52,324 nt of DNA from Dirinaria sp. TL-2023a (taxonomy: Eukaryota): NCBI GenBank assembly GCA_051941275.1, contig JAVEBF010000019.1, positions 1-52,324 of the forward strand, read 5' to 3'. Shown here one piece after another: positions 25,144 through 37,400 of the stretch. The notes under the pieces are model-generated. The model was not told the DNA's origin and searched no databases. It saw only the letters and a program-made list of their open reading frames with translations. Position 1 is the first letter of the stretch. The number at the start of each line of letters is the position of its first letter. The position numbers and the translations under genes are program-made.

Positions 25144-26844
25144 TTACATACCCTTGAGCGACAGATCGACGAGGGACAACATCGCGCCCGCATACTTGGC
25201 CCCAACGTTCCACTTGTTATCGCGGGTCCGGACACTCGACGCGTAGAGCGCCGCTGCGCCAGCAAGGCTCGGTCCACTGGCGACCAGCTCACCCAAGTCC
25301 TGCACCTCGAGGATGTTGAGTGCGCGCGTGAGGACGAAGAATACGACGCTGCGGTCCAGGAGCACCTGCCAAAGTGCGTCGCAGCCGTCGCAGAGGCGGA
25401 ACATGGAGACGATGGAACCCGCGGGCGGGGCGTCGAATGCGGCGTGGCCGACCTCGAGGACGAGGTTTGCTGCCGTCACGCACGACCAGGGCAGACTGAA
25501 CCAGAAGAAGCTCCACAGCATCCCCAGCGCTTGGGTGTATCCTGCGGCGCGATTGTCTGTCAGCATGCCATGCGTTGTATTGATTGATGTGTTTGGGAGA
25601 GTGATTTTCTTACCGTTCTTTCTGAAGCCCATCTTCTTGCCAAGGTAAATGACAAAGTCTTCGACCATGATGATGCAAGCTTGGCTCATCCACATTGTGT
25701 ACATCCCTGCCGAGTGGCGATGGACCAAGTAGGCTCCGCCGTGATGGCAGATGGACGAGAAGAAGAACCCGAAGAGCAATTGCGAGTATCTCGACCACAA
25801 TGTCCCGCGCGGTATGCGGAGGAGGTTGACGACGAAATCAGTCGGGGCGGAGATGGTTTTGCGGATCTCCTGATGCCAGACTTTGCTTTATGCGGATCAG
25901 CAGGACGCCCAAAACAGGACCGCGGTTTCACCAGAGTATGTACTTACCCCCACATGTTCCGGACGCTCCAGGCATCTCTGCGGTAGGAGCCGAACAGCGG
26001 CGGCCATTGCTCTGGCCTGCAGATCCCCAAGGCAGTCGTGATGGCCCCGAGTGCATAGTAGGGCATGTGGAGAGAATGGTAGGATTCGACGGCGACCAGC
26101 CATACCACGATGGTGCGCGTCACATATTCCTCCTTGTAGATATCCGGCTTCGTGAGCGAAGGATCAGTGAAAGCCTTGGCGTCGCCATAGCGAGTGGTCT
26201 TGAGGATGGACAGCGTCGTGTCAATGGCCAGATATGCGACGATGGTTCGGCGGATGCAGTGTTTGACGAACTGTCTGTGTAGAAAAGATCGATGGTCAGC
26301 ATGCGGCACCGATCAATTTCCCCTCTGTACTCTGCACTCGAACAGAGGCTGCTTACATCCTGGAACTGCCTGGAAGAGGACCGGGTTGCAGATTCTTGAC
26401 CTGCCAATTCCATCCGATGCCTCTGTCGGTGCACCATAAACTGATGCTCCAGCGAATTTTCTCCAGCAAACCTCGATCCGGGACGGGGGATACTTTCTCC
26501 GACGCGGACCGAGCCTGTTCCGGGACTCGCCAGTATTTTCTCTCGGGGACGTGGAACACGACGAAATCAAACCATTTCACAGTCACCGCCGCCATGAATA
26601 CGCCCGCCGCGAAGTCTCCGCCCGAGTCTCCTGTCGTATAATTGGGTGTGTAAAGAAGCCATGCCAGAATGATGGGTCCGAACAGCGAAGCACGCAGCAC
26701 TCTCATGCTCGGCGGAGGCACGCACGACAATGCGCACACGGCCAAGTAGCCAGGAAACCACCATCCCGGCGCCAACTTCCTCTCCCCCATCGGCACAAGC
26801 CATTGCGCGTACATCCTGCCCACGGTGTTGAGCTGCTCCATCAT
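25144..26844 (-). CDS. Membrane-bound O-acyltransferase (MBOAT_2/wax synthase-like, Tri7-type); at least 4 exons, 3' end uncertain
   Basis: Hydrophobic multi-TM protein with RGIGWNWQV, WPPLFGS..AWSVRNMWGKVWHQ and FFFSSICH (conserved His) after splicing. Confidence 0.87.
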
Positions 26845-26917
26845 GTGCAAATGCTATGTCCTACCAACTGCTTCGAGCTGCTTGGGCCATGATATTCGTT
26901 GAGCCATCGCATAAGAT

Positions 26918-26928
26918 GACTCGGGTCC
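26918..26928 (+). promoter_or_regulatory. GACTCGGGTCC motif, copy 2 (MBOAT/NRPS-like divergent promoter)
   Basis: Exact 11-mer. Confidence 0.7.
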
Positions 26929-27215
26929 TACCCATTGTTGGGAGTCCTGAGTGACCGATAATCCACATTCACACCCAACATGAGGCGGTAAGCACTCAGC
27001 CTCGACCGGGTTTGCGGGCCTGCTACTTGGGAAGTCCTTTCGTAAAACCCTGGCCTACCATACCGGTCCGTCTCCTCGCTAAGGCTCCACCAGTGCGAGT
27101 TTCAGCTCCAATTGATCGACTCAGCGCAACGCCTCTCATGGAAATGAGGTTTTCATATCTGTCAACCGCTTTCTTGCTTTCACTGAGTCGCGATCTATGG
27201 CACTGGATTTCTCAT

Positions 27216-27226
27216 GGACCCGAGTC
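27216..27226 (-). promoter_or_regulatory. GACTCGGGTCC motif, copy 3 (reverse strand; MBOAT/NRPS-like promoter)
   Basis: GGACCCGAGTC on the + strand is the exact reverse complement. Confidence 0.7.
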
Positions 27227-27430
27227 TCTCCAATCAAACGGCGAGTAGCGCGTGTATGTGCTGACTGTCGAGCTTTGACCATGAGGCGTAGAGGCAGAGG
27301 CTCATACCTCAGATTCGCCTAACCATCATGATTGGCAATCTATGAGCCGTTCACATTTTCCTAGCCCTTCGAATTTCTGTAGCACCGGGAGGCTTTTCCT
27401 TAGGCTTGAGCAACCAGCCTACACGCTGCG

Positions 27431-30400
27431 ATGTCTTTGCCCAATTCATACAATTTGTTTCGCCGTGCTACCTTTCAGATTGACTCCAAGACCGAAAGAT
27501 CTGATTCGATTCGCACTTTGCCCGAACTTGTCGAATTCAACGCAATCCACAATCCCCAGCATTTGTTTTGTGTGCAGGCCAACAAAGCTGGAGAAGCTAC
27601 ACGAATTTCACATCTTGAATTGAAGTATGCCGTTTTGCGATGCTCGGCATGGCTTAGGGACAAGGTCCCAGGCCTCAAGGCGCCCGAAAAGAGCGAAGAT
27701 GGCGAGATCTCAAGGGGACCACCAATAGCTTTACTCATGGAGAGCGATATCGGGATTTTTATATATTTCCTATCTTTGCTGAGTATCGGAGTCCCTGTAA
27801 GTATTACGTCGGCGCGGGATTCTTTTTTGCTCATTTAGTGCCCTCTCTAGGCGCTTATTCTGTCTGCGCGATTAAGCCCGCATGCTATCAACAAACTTCT
27901 TACGGAAACGAAAGCATGCTCGATCTTGACATCATCACGACTTGCTAGAAATGCGGCTGAGGCTCTCTCACTGGCCGAGCCGCCGCAATCAGAGCTCCCC
28001 CAGCTCTCAGAGGCCGAATCCTACAAATCGTTCTTGGGCCTGGACTCGCCGCCCGAGGATGAACTTTGTGCTCGATATCATTACATAGACAAGCATGATC
28101 GCAATGTCCTGATTCTGCACTCATCGGGGACTACCGGCTTACCCAAGGCTCTTCCGCACGCGCACGAATTTTTGATGAGGTTTGTGGGCTGCCATGAATT
28201 CAATATTGGGCCCGATTCAGAGAGCCGAAACCTATCAACTCTTCCACTCTACCATGTGAGTCCAGATCTTTCTTGAACTGTGGTGATGTTGAATTAATGG
28301 CAGTGTGCAGGGTTTTGGTATGGTCGCCCCAATCTTATCCCTCAGCATTGGCAAGACTCTATGTCTTCCCGCTTCGTCCCTTGTACCTACTGGTCCCTCT
28401 ACCGTCGAAGCACTTTGTGCTTCTCAGGCATCCTCATTGATGACTGTGCCTTCGATTTTGGAGGAGCTCTGTGATATGCCTGATGGAAAGGGCACAAGTC
28501 CATTAGCGAACCTTCGATTCGTAGGGTTTGGTGGAGGGCTTCTGAAAACTTCTGTTGGAGAAAGACTCGAGGCGGCCGGAGTGCAGGTAGTAAACACTCT
28601 CGGTACTACAGAAACCGGGCCACTGTCTCCCATGTTCATTCCTACTTCGGAGTATGATTGGCGGTACTTTAGGGTGCGGAAGGATTTGGATTTGAAGCTG
28701 GAGGAGCTGCCAAGTACCAAAGGCGAAATTCCGCGATTCAAGTTGATTGCGTATCTCGTGGAATCGGATACGCACTTTGAACTGCAGGATTTGTTGATTA
28801 GCAGCCCCAAGAGCCCCGGCACGGATTTTACTACTATTGGGAGAAATGATGATCTCATTGTACTGGCCACTGGGGAGAAAGTCCTTCCAAGTATTCTGGA
28901 GAATAAACTCTCGGCGAATCCCTCCGTGAAGACTGCGGTCGCGTACGGGGAAGGGCAGTTCGAAATTGGCGTAATTATCGAGCCATCCCTGCCCATCCCA
29001 ATTGAACAGCTTGAGAGTTTCAGATCATCTCTCTGGCCCATTGTCCTCGAGGCGGGGGAACAGATGGATGCCCACGCACGGCTTTCATCGACAGCTGGTA
29101 TCGTCGTGGTACCAGCAGGAAAGAAGATTCCACGAACAGACAAAGGATCCGTCGCACGGAAAGAGGTCTATCGAATTTTTGAACCGGAAATAGCGCATGC
29201 TTACCGAGATCTCGAGAACAACGTTTCCGACGCGTCACTGCAGACTCTCAATTTAAGCGTCCTCGAAGAAGACTTGAAAAACTTAATTCAGTCTCGCCTC
29301 AACTGGAAGATTCCTGCAGAACAGTGGGGTTACAATGATGACTTCTTCGAACTGGGTATGGACTCGCTCCAGGCAACCCGACTCCGCCGCTTTTTGGTCG
29401 CATGTGTCCCTGTGTCTCTGAACGTCTTGCCACCAACGGAGTGGATTGGCCGGGATTTCATATACCAGCACCCATCGATCAGTCAACTGGCAATGGGGAT
29501 CAGAAGATCGAAGGGCCTTGCAAGTTCAGAGAAAGACCTTCAAAGTCAAATCAATGAGTATGTGCGCTTGTACTCGGTCAAGAAGGAGTCAATTTCGCCC
29601 AAATCCCCAGGCTCGGTCATACTGTTGACAGGCAGCACTGGCAGTTTGGGGTCCCATTTGCTATCTTGTCTGGCTTCTCTACCAGACGTTGATCGTGTCA
29701 TATGTCTCAATCGTCGTCACCGTGGTACCAACATCGACCCGCAAAAACGGCAGCTGAGCATCATGGAGGGTCAAGGACTCACCCTCAGCTCGCACGCATG
29801 GTCGAAAATCCACATCATCCAGACCGATCTTGAAGCACCATTATTTGGGCTTGCAGAGTCTACGTATAAAGATATCTGCTCCCAAGTAACCCACATACTT
29901 CATAATGCCTGGCCGATGGATTTCAACCGGAAGTTGCCTTCATTCAGAGCCCAATTCCAAGTCACGCGCGACCTTCTAAATCTCGCGCGAGCTGCGCACG
30001 CCGCTCAACCGCTTATGAGACCAAAGCTTCTCTTCATCTCGTCTATCGCTGTTGTCGGGCAATATGGGACTGTCCACGGAGGCACTCTGGTGCCTGAGAC
30101 ACCTATCCATGATCAGGCTTGCACAACATCAATCGGCTATGCGGCCGCGAAAATGGTTTGCGAACAGATTCTGGAGGCAGCAGTGCGTGACTTTGGGGAT
30201 GAAATCCAAGCGGCGTACGTTCGGGTTGGTCAAATGTCTGGTTCTAAGCAGACCGGTTTCTGGAATGTAGACGAGCATTTTCCAGCATTGGTGAAGTCGT
30301 CTCAGAGGATCGGGAAACTTCCACGTCTAAATGGAGTGAGTGCTCTACTATTTGTTTTCTAGCCGAAAGCTGACGATGGTACAGACTTTTTCGTGGATCC

Positions 30401-30798
30401 CCGTAGACTGGACAGCTCAAGTTTTGTCTGAAGTCTTGCTAAATACCGAACAGTCCCCCACAGTCTTCCACCTCGAGAATCCGATCAGACAATCATGGCA
30501 TGATGCACTTGCTATAATCAGTCGGGAGTTAAATATTCCCGAAAACGGATTCCTACCATTTGATGAATGGCTTAACGAGGTTTGTGCCGTCAGCGAAATC
30601 AGGGCCGGAGACAACCCAGTGAAAAAGCTGTCAGAGTTTTTCAAGACGAATTTCAAACGAATGTCAACAGGCACGGTGACGTTAGCGACGGATAATACGA
30701 GAGCAGCGTCTCCAAGTCTTCAAAGTCTCGGGGAAGTTCAGCAAGAGACGATTGCAGGCTACGTCAAGTATTGGAGGAGCATTAGATATATCCACTGA
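27431..30798 (+). CDS. NRPS-like A-T-R enzyme (aryl-acid/carboxylic acid reductase, ATEG_03630/AscB/CicB type); 4 exons
   Basis: A domain LHSSGTTGLPK, GRNDDLIVLATGEKV, PRTDKGSV; T domain FFELGMDSL; R domain LLTGSTGSLG, HNAWPMDFN, GYAAAK, RVGQMSG. Confidence 0.94.
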
Positions 30799-31213
30799 TT
30801 TTGCATTTACTTTATCAAACGGTGAGCTTCAATAAATTGTTGGTTTTGCCTATAGCAACGGTGTAGATGGGAAAAAATCCTTGGATTGTTTCATATTGTT
30901 AGGATTGACTTGCAATACATTAAGTCTGACATTGGTTTGGGCATCTTCAAAACCATTTTCGTTCAAGAGATGATGCCTGTAAGCAGAATGCTAAGACTAG
31001 GCCTGTATAGATGCCACAGCGGCCGAAAGGTGCTTTACGCTTCGACTAGAGGCTACCGAACCGTTCACCGCTAGTATTGGGATGTTAGCCAGCCTGAGTT
31101 GATCCTCGTGTTTCTCATCGATCGTCAGGGAGCTGGGGAATCTGCGGGATCTTCGGCGGGAGCTTTCGTATCATCTGGTTCAGCTGGTCTGGTATCGACT
31201 CCTGAAACTAAGC

Positions 31214-31224
31214 GACTCGGGTCC
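31214..31224 (+). promoter_or_regulatory. GACTCGGGTCC motif, copy 4 (NR-PKS promoter)
   Basis: Exact 11-mer about 280 bp upstream of the ATG at 31500. Confidence 0.7.
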
Positions 31225-31499
31225 GCCAACAAGTCGGACCTGAAGCGGATCTGACGGTGAGTACCTCGCTTAGGTAAGTCTGGAACCTTCCTTTTGTGGG
31301 ATATTGAAGTCTATACACGGATGTCTTATGTCTTTAGCAGCGCTTGTTTACCAGCACGTCAAAATTCAGCAGCCGAACAAAGGCATATCCTATCCTTCCT
31401 CCTCCACTTCCCCTTCAACAGCCGTGGAAGGCCAATTTCCATCATTCACCTTGGCCACAGGCATTGGTCACCTCTCACAGGACACTTCAACGTGAGATC

Positions 31500-34400
31500 A
31501 TGGCTTGCCCTTCGCTTGTTGTGTTTGGCTCACAAACAACCTGGCCATCACCCGAATATTTGTCTCAGTTGAGAGCCACGCTGCTTCTTGAACCTTCTTT
31601 GCATCCTTTCCTTACCGCTATCAAAGACTTGAACAGTACATGGCAAAAGCTCGTGCAATGGGATCCTCGTCTCAAAGCGGTACCAGGTAAAGAATCACTG
31701 GCAAGCATTAGCCATTGGCTCGACCATGGCGATTTCCCAACAACCCCCAGAACATTCCCTAACGTGTTATCCACTCCTTTGACGACTATCATCCACATCG
31801 TTCAGTATCTGCGCTACATGGAGGAAAACAAAGCTATCTCCCACGCTCAAATCCTGGAATCCGCTAGCAAAGCAGGCGTACAAGGATTTTGTACGGGGTT
31901 CATGACGGCGTTGGCCGTCGCTCTGTCAAAAAATGAAGCAGATGTAACCAGAATAGGCGGAATTGCCCTAAGACTAGCTGTGGCTATTGGGGCGTACGTC
32001 GATCTTGACGGAGCTTACGCTAATCCTCCCAACGAGACATGTTGCTTTGCAATCCGATGGAGGGCGGAAATAGGAAAAGACAGGGTTTTGGAGATTCTCA
32101 AGGCGTATCCAGACGTATGTGCTCCGATCTCAATAATTCGAGACTTGTCTAATATATCTTGTTAGGCCTACGTGTCCGTTATTACGGATTCGACAAGTGT
32201 GACCATCACCGCTACCACTTCCACTTCCGCCTCACTGTGCCATGAACTGTCCTCGCATGGTATTACTGTAAAACCAATCAGTCTCCAAGGCCGTTTTCAC
32301 TCATCTGCTTTGAATGAGTCGGCCGACACCTTGTCGAAGTTTTGCGATGCCACTCCGGAGTTGCAGTTCCCCGGTGCAAGTCAACTTCGCGTACCTGTGC
32401 GCTCGAACGTAGACGTCCAAACGATCACTGGTGGCTCCCTTCACAAGCTCGCCATAGACGCGATTCTGACCCAACTTTGCGATTGGCATCTCACGATTTC
32501 TGCCGCTACCGCTCAATTGATGCAAACGCCACACACGTCGATCCTGCAAGTCGGGATGGTGGATTGCATCCCTGCCGCGATCACTCGAGAACGAAGCCTT
32601 CAAATAACGAAGGTCGGCACTTCGAGATTACTCTCTGCTTCGTTACCTGGCTCCGGCTCACAGCTGAGTTCTGGTAATGTTACTCCCATGGTGCTAGCCC
32701 CAGAAGAAGCTCGCTATCCAGAGCATGCGATCGCGGTCGTGGGCATGGCGTGCAAGTTCCCCGGCGCGGAGTCTCCCAGCGAGTTCTGGGACCTCCTTAC
32801 CGCGGGGACTTCGACACTGTCGCAATTGCCTCCTGAGAGATTCTCCGTAGAGGGACTGCGTCGTTCATCGGAAGACAAGCTTCGGTTCTGGGGAAATTTC
32901 ATCAGCGATGCTGACTCATTCGATCACGCTTTTTTCAAGAGATCCTCGCGCGAAGCGGCATCGATGGATCCACAACAGCGTCTTCTTCTTCAGATTGCCT
33001 ACGAAGCTATGGAGTCCTGTGGCTATTTCGGGTCATTCGGTAATTCAAATTTAGCCTCGGACGATATTGGCTGCTACCTGGGAGTAGTAAGTTCTGCTCT
33101 CGCAACCACTTTCAGGCTGGCTGCACTTTCGTAAAGAAGAAATTGCTAACTGAATATCTAGGGTGCCACGGATTATAGTGACAATGTTTCGTCACATGCA
33201 CCAACAGCTTATTCGGCCCTAGGAACGTTGCGCGCCTTTTTGAGTGGCAAGATCAGCCATTTCTTTGGATGGACTGGGCCGTCCATAACCTTTGACACTG
33301 CATGCTCGTCTTCTGCTGTAGCTATTCACGCTGCTTGCAAAGCGATAGAAAGTGGCGAGTGTTCACAAGCCCTTGCCGGAGGTGTGAGCCTCTTCACCAG
33401 TCCAAACATGTACCAGAACCTAGCGGCAGCATCATTTTTGAGTCCTACCGGAGCTACAAAGCCATTCGATGCAAAGGCTGATGGCTACTGTCGAGGCGAA
33501 GGTGTTGGACTAGTAGTCCTGAAAAAATTGTCTGATGCTATAGCTGAAGGCGACAATGTCCTCTCGGTCATTGCTGGTTCTGCAGTGAATCAAAACCACA
33601 ACTCCACCTCCATCACGGTCCCGCATTCCGAATCTCAGGTAAAACTTTACCGGAAGGCGAACGCTCGTGCTGCTGTCCGTGCCTCGGAAGTCTCTTATGT
33701 GGAAGCTCACGGAACAGGTACTCCTGTGGGTGACCCTATTGAGTTCGAGAGCATTCGAAAAGTATATGGCGGAGCGCAGGTACGTGGCTGGATCTCCTCC
33801 AAATTATTAATGCCCCAAAGTATGATGGCTAACTCATCTGTCATCAGCGAACCAACCCTGTGCATGTGTCTTCTGTCAAAGGAAATATTGGCCATCTCGA
33901 AGGTGCCTCTGGCGCCGCTGCGTTGATCAAAGTCACACTTATGATTCAGAACAAGAAGATCCCTCTACAGGCGAATTTCACGTCGCTTACCCCTAAGATC
34001 GCCCCCTTGGAGCCTGACCACATGATAATTCCGACGTCAAAAGACAACGATTGGAATGTAAATTTCAAAGTCGCCTGTATCAACAATTATGGCGCATCTG
34101 GAAACAATGCTGCAATGATTGTATGCCAGCCGCCTTCACGTCGCCAAGCTGTCACAAACCACTATGTTTCACCCAAGCATCCGATATTCATGTCTGCAAA
34201 CTCTTCAGCCAGTTTATCAGCATTCTGCAAGGCGCTTACCAGGTATATAAACTCATTTGACAGCGGTAACCCAGAGAACTTGCTTGCCAACATCGCCTAT
34301 CACCTATCCAGCAAGCAGAACCGGTCTCTTCGGTATTGTTTGACTTCCACTGTCTCCAGTCTCTCGGAATTCAAGGATCTTCTCAGCTCCGGCATTGCAG

Positions 34401-37400
34401 GATCCAGTCCCAGCCACTTCACATCTCCAACTAGCGAAAGACCCGTGGTACTTGCATTTGGTGGACAAATCAACGACTTTGTTGGTCTCGACAAGACCTT
34501 CTGTGACAGCTCGATCCTTTTCCGTTCCCACCTGGATCATTGCGACTCTATTCTCCGTGCCAGAGGGCTTGACAGCCTGTATCCACAGATCTTCCAGACC
34601 TCACCGGTGGAGAACATCGTGAATCTCCACTGCCAGCTATTCTCTCTGCAGTATGCCTGCGCTCAATCTTGGATCGATTCCGGTCTGAAGGTAGCAGCAG
34701 TAGTGGGGCACAGCTTCGGGCAGCTCACTGCTCTATGTGTGTGCGGCAGTCTTTCACTGGGAGATGCACTGAAATTGGTATCTGGCCGTGCTTCCTTGAT
34801 GCAACAATACTGGCATTCCGAGCGCGGCTCAATGCTTTCCGTCCAAGCAAGCCTCGAAACAGTGCTAGATCTGGTCTCCGCGGTTGAAAGGCCCGGTTCT
34901 GAGAATGGTATCGAAATTGCGTGCTACAATGGGCCGTCAAGTCACACTTTGGTCGGAACCGAGGCTTCCATAAACGAAGCTGAGGCTGCGCTTGTTGGCC
35001 GCTCAATAAAGTCAAAGAAGCTCAATGTCACCCATGGCTTCCACTCAAAGTTTTGCGAGCCTCTCTTGCCAGCTCTGGCAAAATTGGCAGATGAGCTCAG
35101 CTTCAACGATCCTACGATCCCATTGGAGACTTGCTCAGACCACAGCAGCTGGAAAAAGCCCGAGCCAAGACTCATAACTGAGCATACACGTACTCCAGTG
35201 TACTTTGGGAAGGCGATTGAAAGACTGTCTCGTCGTCTTGGGCAATGTACTTGGCTTGAAGCAGGATCTGGATCTTCAATCACCGGCTTGATCCGCAAAA
35301 GCTTGCCAACATCTGGCGACAAGGACCTGTTCCAAGCTATCCAATTGACTTCCTCAAGCCTCCCAGACGCAACAGTCAACCTCTGGAAAGTCGGACATCA
35401 GGTACAATTCTGGCCTTATCACCGAGAACAGAGCCACGAGTTTACGCCTTTGATGCTGCCACCTTATCAGTTTGAGAAGCACCGCCACTGGCTTGAGTGG
35501 ATTGATACAGCGAGCGAGCCTACTCCACCGTCACCGACCGCCGTCAAAATGGAAGAAGAACCGGAACTACTTGCCTTCGTGGGATACAGTGATCGTAATC
35601 AACGCGAAGCTGAGTTTGCAGTTGACCCGCGAAGTGAGGCGTTCAAACACTACGTCAGTGGTCATGCAGTCCTCTCCCAGGCCCTATGTCCGGCGTCTCT
35701 GTATGTTGAGCTTGTGGCCGAAGCTGCCACGACTTTAGTGTCTTCCTCTCCACCTTCCTCGTTGGTTCCATGCATTGATCATTTGGACATCAAATCGCCA
35801 CTTGGTTTGAATGATCGAGCAATATCGATTTCTTTGAAGAAGCGTGAGGGCAGCAAGCCCTCGTGGAGCTTTACGCTTTCGAGTAGTTCTCGCAGCGCTA
35901 AAGCAGGCGACACATCTAGCTCGCAACAGCATGCCAGCGGTCGCATCAGCTTTGATTCCACACAAGTGGCCGAGAGTGATGACTTTGCTCGTTACGAACG
36001 CATCATCGGCCACAATCGCTACGCCCAAGTCATGGCGGACCCGGAAGCTGAAGCGCTGCAGGGCGCTTTAATCTACAACGTCTTTGGCAAATTCGTCGCA
36101 TACAAGGACTACTACCGAGGAGTCAAGAACGTCTTTGCGAAAGACCGAGAAGTTGCCGGAATAGTAACGCTTCCCACGTCCTCTGGGATCTCGCACAGCA
36201 CCATCTCTCAGCCGGTGGCCCTTGACAATTTCCTCCAAGTCGCAGGCTTGCATGTCAATTGCCTCAACGAAGTCAAAGATAACGAGGTATTCGTTTGTAC
36301 CAAGGTTGACCGAGTCCAGCTCAGCCAGCAATTCAAATGCCTTGACACGGTTCGCGAACAAGCTTCGCAGACGAAGTCTTGGGTTGTTTACTCTATTCTC
36401 CACCCGGCGAGCGAAAAAGAAGTCACCAACGACATCTTTGTGTTCGATCGATCAAGCAAGGATCTCGTCGTGATGATATTGGGCGCTAGATTCACCAAGG
36501 TTCCAATGACCGCTTTGACTAAAGCTTTATCAAGGGTTAACACAACCACCACTGGTGATGAAAGAAGGTAGGCTCCCTGCTTTTATAAACTTGTTGACAT
36601 CTTTCATCTCTGGCCATGCCCAATGAGCCTTGCTATGCAATCCGCTCCATCAGTCGAGCCGTCAGCTTCAGCTTTCTCCATCTTCAGTCGTAGTCGCTCT
36701 TTTCGTTTATCAGATTACTGACATGTTTAATAGCCTGAGTACCACTGTAACCAAGGTCGCACCGACCCCTCAAGCTCTGAAAACGAAGACTGTGTCTTTG
36801 CCACAAGCAGCTCCCCCAGTGATCATCGAGAGTCTCACAATGACCCCTACCAGCGACCTCGATGGCGAGCTCCGCGGTCTTCTCCAAACAGTAACCGAAG
36901 TCCCATTAGACATGCTTAAAAACGATGCCACCTTTGAAGAGCTAGGGATCGATTCGTTAATGGTAACCGAACTCTTAACCGAGCTGCGCAAGGCCTTCGA
37001 CATCGACATACCACCAAGCGACTTCCAAAACCTGTCTGATATCAAGTCCTTGCTACAGTACCTTCGCTTGAGGGGCTGTGGCACAAGTGGTGCTACCACG
37101 CCAGGTTCGAGCACCGACTCCGACATTTCCACAGATACCAGCGCTTCATCTGTCGCCGTGCTTGGCGCCTCGGAGAATGATATTTCTCAGTTGGCAAAGA
37201 TTGTGGCTGAAAATCTTGACATTGCCACCGAGCTTACCCGTGAGACGAACCTTGCAGAGCAAGGTTTAGACTCTCTGTGCTCCATAGAGCTGGCGAATGA
37301 TATCAAGAGCGCTTTCGGCGTCGAGGTCAATATGACTCTGCTGACCGGAGACTCCACCTTTGGTGACCTCGTTGACTTGGTTGTGCCTCAAAAGGCCTCG

